Below, in pieces: positions 27,822 through 32,000 of a stretch of 32,000 nucleotides of DNA. Each line of letters starts with the position of its first letter. The stretch's first letter is position 1. The DNA lies in the NCBI GenBank assembly GCA_900234795.1, contig LT962688.1, forward strand, positions 5,010,001 through 5,042,000, given 5' to 3'. The notes beneath the pieces are model-generated. The model saw nothing but the letters and a program-made list of their open reading frames with translations, searched no databases and was not told where the DNA came from. A program made the translations under genes and the position numbers. Origin of the DNA: Methylorubrum extorquens. GTDB lineage: Bacteria; Pseudomonadota; Alphaproteobacteria; Rhizobiales; Beijerinckiaceae.

Positions 27822-28836
27822 GCGCGGCGCGCCAGGCCGCGACGGTTTGCTCTAGGCCCTGTTCCAGGCCGTAGTGGGGCGAAAAGCCAACCTCGTCCGT
27901 CAGGCGCCGGATGTCGGCCTCGATGCAGGCCGGCTCCGCCGGGCTGAGGGGGCGGGCGCCGAAATCGATCAAATCGGGGCGTCCGGTCAGCGCACCGATC
28001 GTTTCCAGGATTTTGCGCACCGGCACCGCTTCGCCCGAGCCGAGATTGACGGGCCCCTCCACCTCCGAGTCGAGCAGGGCCGCGAAGGCCGCTCCTACAT
28101 CGGCGACATGCAGGAAATCGCGCCGCTGCCGGCCCTCGCTGGTGGCGAGCCGCTGGCCCGTGAGAAGCGCCCGCGCCGCATCGCCGACGAGCCGGCCCGG
28201 CGTCTCGCCGGGACCGTAGAGGTAGAACAATCGCCCCCAGCCGAGGGAGAGTCCGGCGGTCGACGCGTAGGCTTGTAGGATGCGGCGAAGACCGTCCTTG
28301 GCGGCGCCGTAAAGGGTCGCCGGGCGGCAGGGGGCTCCCTCCGCCAAATGACCCTCTCGGATCGCCGCTGCATCCCCGCGCCCCGTTTGCGGGGAGAGGG
28401 TCGTGACGACAGGGTTGCCGAAGCCCTCTCCCCGCGTGCGGGGCGAGGAAGATTCCAGTTCTGCACGCGGCAGGAGGTTGATCCCCGTCCAATCGTACTC
28501 GGCACAGGTTCCGGCCACCACGGCGCGGGTGCCGCCCGCCTCGCGGAAGGTCCGCACGAGGTCGAGGCTCGCCGCCGTCCAATCGAGGTTGTCCGGTGCC
28601 TGCCAGTAGCGGCCGGGTGTGGTGACCCAGGCGAGGTGAAGCAGGTGGCTCGCCGCGGCCGCCTGCACGGCAGCCCGGCGCTGCGCAGGATCGAGCAGGT
28701 CGGCCGCGTGAAAGGCGTGGACACCGTCTGGGGCAGTTCGGCCGATGGCGTGAACCTCGAAGCCGCGAGCGGCGAGCGCGGGGATCGCGTGGCGACCGAC
28801 GAAGCCGGCCCCTCCGGTGACGAGAACCCGCTTCAC
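27796..28836 (-). CDS. NAD-dependent epimerase/dehydratase-family (extended SDR) sugar epimerase/reductase carrying a roughly 44-codon in-frame repeat insertion
   Basis: GTG 28836 overlaps the upstream stop as GTGA. VLVTGGAGFVG Rossmann motif and catalytic YGAAK. The 3' end overlaps the convergent response-regulator gene by 26 nt. About 346 aa, against roughly 300 expected for this family. Confidence 0.75.
   Translation of the reverse strand: MKRVLVTGGAGFVGRHAIPALAARGFEVHAIGRTAPDGVHAFHAADLLDPAQRRAAVQAAAASHLLHLAWVTTPGRYWQAPDNLDWTAASLDLVRTFREAGGTRAVVAGTCAEYDWTGINLLPRAELESSSPRTRGEGFGNPVVTTLSPQTGRGDAAAIREGHLAEGAPCRPATLYGAAKDGLRRILQAYASTAGLSLGWGRLFYLYGPGETPGRLVGDAARALLTGQRLATSEGRQRRDFLHVADVGAAFAALLDSEVEGPVNLGSGEAVPVRKILETIGALTGRPDLIDFGARPLSPAEPACIEADIRRLTDEVGFSPHYGLEQGLEQTVAAWRAALSNAASIP
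28354..28485. repeat. GC-hairpin repeat element (family 2) embedded in-frame in the SDR epimerase CDS
   Basis: Two CCCCGC-N3/4-GCGGGG hairpins: GCGCCCCGtttgCGGGGAGAG near 28378..28398 and CTCTCCCCGCgtgCGGGGCGAGG at 28426..28448. The latter is the reverse complement of 13993..14015. Confidence 0.55.
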
Positions 28837-29366
28837 CGCCCCGCCCAATCGGGAAAGGCGAGGTCGCGCGGTGCGATTACGGTCACCGGCTCGGGCCAGG
28901 CGAGCCCGAAGGCAGGATCGTCCCAGCGCACGCCGTCGGCGGCGGAGGCCACGAACGGCCGGTCGATCATGTAGAGGATCTCGGTGTCGTCGCTCAGCGT
29001 CTGGAAGCCGTGGGCAAGGCCCGCCGGGATGTAGAGGGCGTGGCGGTTCGCGGCCGAGAGCGTGACCGACGCGGTGCAGAGATAGGTCGGCGAATCGGGC
29101 CGCAGGTCGATCACCGCATCGTGGATCGCGCCTCCGGTGCAGCGCACGAGCTTCGTCTCCGCATGGGGCAACCTCGAAAAATGCATCCCGCGCACGGTGC
29201 CGCGGCGGTGATTGAACGAGACACTCGACTGCGTGAAGCGCCCGACCAGCCCGCGCTCCGCGAATTCGCTTTCGCACTGGGTGCGGGCAAAGAAGCCGCG
29301 CTCGTCCGCGTGCGGCTCGGGCACGACGCGGAACAGGCCGGGCAGCGCGAGTTCCTCGAAGATCAC
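28833..29366 (-). CDS. dTDP-4-dehydrorhamnose 3,5-epimerase-like (RmlC/cupin) sugar epimerase
   Basis: GTG 29366 (or CTG 29369) after AAGGAAGG. ERGFFART, RGMHF, KLVRCTGGAIHDVAIDLR-like and GLAHGFQTLSD blocks. The upstream 48 codons of track ORF 28833..29510 are read-through of a repeat. Confidence 0.8.
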   Translation of the reverse strand: MIFEELALPGLFRVVPEPHADERGFFARTQCESEFAERGLVGRFTQSSVSFNHRRGTVRGMHFSRLPHAETKLVRCTGGAIHDAVIDLRPDSPTYLCTASVTLSAANRHALYIPAGLAHGFQTLSDDTEILYMIDRPFVASAADGVRWDDPAFGLAWPEPVTVIAPRDLAFPDWAGR

Positions 29367-29415
29367 CAGGCGTTCGCCTTCCTTTGGCTCAGCGGCACAC
29401 CTGATTCCATCCAAC

Positions 29416-29522
29416 CCCTCATCCTGAGATGCCCGCGCCAGCGGGCCTCGAAGGATCCTCCCGCCGGCCGCGCGATCCCTGGACGATCCTTCGAGGCCGT
29501 TGCGCGCCACCTGAGGATGAGG
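29416..29522. repeat. Nested palindromic element of about 107 bp (family 1, copy B) between the C-methyltransferase and 3,5-epimerase genes
   Basis: CCCTCATCCTGAG ... GCCTCGAAGGA ... TCCTTCGAGGC ... CCTGAGGATGAGG. It shares its termini and inner arms with 22831..22943. Confidence 0.75.
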
Positions 29523-29544
29523 CTGGGAGGGGCGGGCCGCGGCA

Positions 29545-30774
29545 TCAGAACACCGTCAGTTCGGGGATCGCCACGGCGAAGCGTCCGCCCCATTCGCGGA
29601 TCGCGGCCATCTCGCCGGCGATCTCGTCCTTGAGGTTCCACGGCAGGATCAGCACCGTGTCGGGGCGCATTGCCAGGAGTTCGTCCGGCGAGACGACGGG
29701 GATGCGGCTGCCGGGCAGCCACGTGCCCTGCTTGTGCGGCGAGCGGTCGGCCACCGCGCGGCTCAGCTCCGGCTTGATGCCGCAATAGTTGAGGAAGGTG
29801 TTGCCCTTGGCCGCCGCGCCGTAGGCGCAGACCGTGCGGCCCGCCGCCCGCTCCTCGATCAAAAAGCGGAGCGCCGCGCATTTGATGTCGGCGACCGCCC
29901 GCCCGAAGCCGGCATAGCCGGAGGGGTCGAACAGGTGCGCCCCCCACTCGCTGAGCACCACGCGCTCCAACTCCGGCGTCGGCGCGTGCGCAGCGGCCTC
30001 GTGGCAGGCGAAGACGCGCAGCGATCCACCATGGGTCGGCCATTCCTCGACATCGAACACCCGCAAGCCGTGCTGGCGCAGGATGCCGATCACCACGCCG
30101 AGCGAGAGGTAGGAGAAGTGCTCGTGGTAGATCGTGTCGAACTGCCGTTGCTCGATCATCCGCAGGAGGTGCGGGAACTCGAAGGTCGCCACGCCCTCCG
30201 GCTTCAGGATCTCGGCAAAGCCCGCCGCGAAATCGTGGATGTCGGGCACGTGGGCGAGCACGTTGTTGGCCGCCGTCAGATCCGCCTTGTGGCCCGTCGC
30301 AGCGAGCCGCCGGGCGGTCTCGCGGCCGAAGAAGGCGACCTCTGTGGGTACGCCGCGCTCGACGGCGACGCGGGCGACGTTGGCCGCCGGCTCGACGCCG
30401 AGCACCGGCACGCCACGGGCAACGAAGTATTGCAGCAGGTAGCCGTCGTTGCTGGCGACCTCGACGACTTTGCTATCCGGCCCGAGGCCGAAGCGCGCGA
30501 TCATCGCGGCAACGTAGCGTTCGGCGTGGCGCAGCCAGCCGGCGGAGAAACCGGAGAAGTAGGCGTAATCCGAAAAGATCGCCTCGGGGCTCTCGAAGGC
30601 TTCGAGTTGCACCAGCCAGCAGGCATCGCAGACATAGGCGTGGAGCGGGTGGAAGACCTCGCCCCGGTGGCGCCGTTCCGGCGTGACGTAGGAATTGGCG
30701 AGCGGCGACAGGCCGAGATCGCAGAAGGTCCGGGTGAGGGCGGCGCCGCAGGCGCGGCAGGTCGGGGCGGTCAC
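29545..30774 (-). CDS. SAM-dependent NDP-hexose C-methyltransferase (TylC3/NovU-like architecture)
   Basis: GTG 30774 overlaps the rfbG stop as GTGA. N-terminal Zn-ribbon-like CRACG...FCDLGLSPLANSY...CDACWLVQL, then the class I methyltransferase motif VVEVASNDG, then the C-terminal domain typical of sugar C-methyltransferases. Confidence 0.78.
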   Translation of the reverse strand: MTAPTCRACGAALTRTFCDLGLSPLANSYVTPERRHRGEVFHPLHAYVCDACWLVQLEAFESPEAIFSDYAYFSGFSAGWLRHAERYVAAMIARFGLGPDSKVVEVASNDGYLLQYFVARGVPVLGVEPAANVARVAVERGVPTEVAFFGRETARRLAATGHKADLTAANNVLAHVPDIHDFAAGFAEILKPEGVATFEFPHLLRMIEQRQFDTIYHEHFSYLSLGVVIGILRQHGLRVFDVEEWPTHGGSLRVFACHEAAAHAPTPELERVVLSEWGAHLFDPSGYAGFGRAVADIKCAALRFLIEERAAGRTVCAYGAAAKGNTFLNYCGIKPELSRAVADRSPHKQGTWLPGSRIPVVSPDELLAMRPDTVLILPWNLKDEIAGEMAAIREWGGRFAVAIPELTVF

Positions 30775-31877
30775 GCTTGGACTCCGGCTTTTGCTCCAGG
30801 CTGGCCCAGCGCCTCGTAGCGCGCGATTTCGGCCTCGGCCAGAGCGCGGGGATCGGCGCCGGACGCGGCCGCGCGGTACCAAGCGGCAGTCCAGTCGAGC
30901 GCCGTGTCGAGGGTCAGCCGCCGGTCCCAGCCGAGGCGGGCGCGGGCCTTGGAGGCATCGACCTTGAGATAGGTCGCCTCGTGCGGATGGGTCTTCTGCG
31001 AGAGGTGCCAGCCGGCTCCCCCGCCCCAGCCCTGCGCCAGCCGCTCCACGAGGTAAGAGACCGGCCGGCAATCCTCGTCCGCCGGCCCGAGATTCCAGCC
31101 CTCCGCGAAGGCGGCGCCGTCGTCGCCCGCGAGGCATTCGGCGAGCCGCAGGTAGCCGGCCAGCGGTTCCAGCACGTGCTGCCACGGGCGGATCGCGTGC
31201 GGCGCGCGGATCTCGACCGAGTCCCCGGCCCCGAAGGCGCGCACGATATCGGGGATTAGCCGGTCGAGGGACCAGTCGCCGCCGCCGATGACGTTGCCGG
31301 CCCGCGCGCTGGCGATCCGCGCCGGATGGCCGCCTGCGCCGAAGAACGAGGCGCGGTAGGCGCTCGTCACGAGTTCGGCACAGCCCTTCGAGGCGCTGTA
31401 GGGATCGCGCCCGCCCATCGCCTCGGTCTCGCGATAGGCATAGGGCCATTCGCGGTTCTCGTAGGCCTTGTCGCTCGTCACGACGACGACGGCGCGCACG
31501 CTCGGGGCCAACCGCACCGCTTCCAGCAGGTGGACACTGCCCATGGTATTGACCGCGAACGTCCCCACTGGATCGGTATAGGAGGGCCGCACCAGGGCCT
31601 GCGCCGCCATGTGGATCACGATCTCCGGCTCGGCAGCCGCCACGGCCGCGGCGAGCGCCGGCAGGTCGCGGATGTCGCCGATACGCGAGTCCTCGGACGG
31701 GAATGCGATCGCCTTGAACAGGTTCGGCCGCGTCTCAGGGGGAAGGGCGAAGCCGGTGACGCGGGCGCCGAGGCGTGCGAGCCACAGGCTCAGCCACGCG
31801 CCCTTGAAGCCGGTATGCCCGGTGAGCAGCACGCGCTTGCCCGCCCAGAAGGCGGGATCGGGGTTGAGCGCACCCAT
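30771..31877 (-). CDS. rfbG: CDP-glucose 4,6-dehydratase
   Basis: FWAGKRVLLTGHTGFKGAWLSLWL, HMAAQALV, TSDKAYEN and YSASKGCAEL closely parallel enterobacterial RfbG. ATG 31877 overlaps the rfbF TGA. GTG 31883 is also possible. Confidence 0.88.
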   Translation of the reverse strand: MGALNPDPAFWAGKRVLLTGHTGFKGAWLSLWLARLGARVTGFALPPETRPNLFKAIAFPSEDSRIGDIRDLPALAAAVAAAEPEIVIHMAAQALVRPSYTDPVGTFAVNTMGSVHLLEAVRLAPSVRAVVVVTSDKAYENREWPYAYRETEAMGGRDPYSASKGCAELVTSAYRASFFGAGGHPARIASARAGNVIGGGDWSLDRLIPDIVRAFGAGDSVEIRAPHAIRPWQHVLEPLAGYLRLAECLAGDDGAAFAEGWNLGPADEDCRPVSYLVERLAQGWGGGAGWHLSQKTHPHEATYLKVDASKARARLGWDRRLTLDTALDWTAAWYRAAASGADPRALAEAEIARYEALGQPGAKAGVQA

Positions 31878-32000
31878 CACCACACCTTCCAGGGCGCATC
31901 GCCGCGGGCCCAGAGTTCTTCGAGGTGCTTCTTGTCGCGCAGCGTGTCCATCGCCTGCCAGAAGCCGTGATGATGGTAGGCGTGGAGCTGGCCGTCGCGG
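31877..32000 (-). CDS. rfbF: Glucose-1-phosphate cytidylyltransferase, C-terminal fragment (5' end outside the window)
   Basis: The minus-strand translation ends ...[32 protein letters not shown], matching the conserved RfbF C-terminus. Confidence 0.75.
   Translation of the reverse strand, partial: RDGQLHAYHHHGFWQAMDTLRDKKHLEELWARGDAPWKVW

Noticed and set aside
28837-29277. N-terminal 147 codons of track ORF 27796..29277
   Set aside because: It overlaps the RmlC-like gene out of frame. The Rossmann motif begins right after GTG 28836, which is coupled to the upstream stop as GTGA.
29367-29510. N-terminal 48 codons of track ORF 28833..29510
   Set aside because: It is read-through of palindromic element copy B. 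A good SD (AAGGAAGG) precedes the internal CTG/GTG at 29369/29366.

Overview
Very GC-rich chromosomal segment. The protein families and repeat families look like a Methylobacterium/Methylorubrum-type alphaproteobacterium; that taxon call is inference. I saw no transposase or integrase genes, tRNA/rRNA genes or CRISPR arrays, so this reads as core genome rather than an island.

Gene content, left to right:
- matB (malonyl-CoA synthetase)
- a LOV-PAS-HWE blue-light histidine kinase
- a YihY/BrkB membrane protein
- msrB
- a CYTH-like protein with a long Pro/Ala/Glu-rich tail
- a small secreted Gly-rich, His/Arg-tailed protein
- an EamA transporter
- a small catalase-related haem protein
- a complete seven-gene MoxR / DUF58 / DUF4381 / VWA / VWA / TPR / BatD (Bat-type) operon on the minus strand
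- mgtC, an SDR, a small hypothetical, an NlpC/P60 peptidase and bioF
- a small Cys-containing secreted protein
- a tandem glycine riboswitch driving gcvT-gcvH-gcvP, followed by bioA
- a single-domain response regulator
- a minus-strand CDP-sugar operon: rfbF (partial), rfbG, a sugar C-methyltransferase, a 3,5-epimerase and an SDR epimerase/reductase

The least explained signals are non-genic:
1. Two families of GC-rich hairpin/palindromic repeats sit inside operons. One copy lies in-frame inside the SDR epimerase gene.
2. A 17-bp tandem array lies upstream of the response regulator.
3. There is one perfect and several near matches to the alphaproteobacterial general-stress (sigma-EcfG) promoter consensus, in front of stress-type genes near the LOV kinase.

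I did not find a convincing wholly new multi-gene system. Many long ORFs in the six-frame track are GC-driven artefacts and were rejected.
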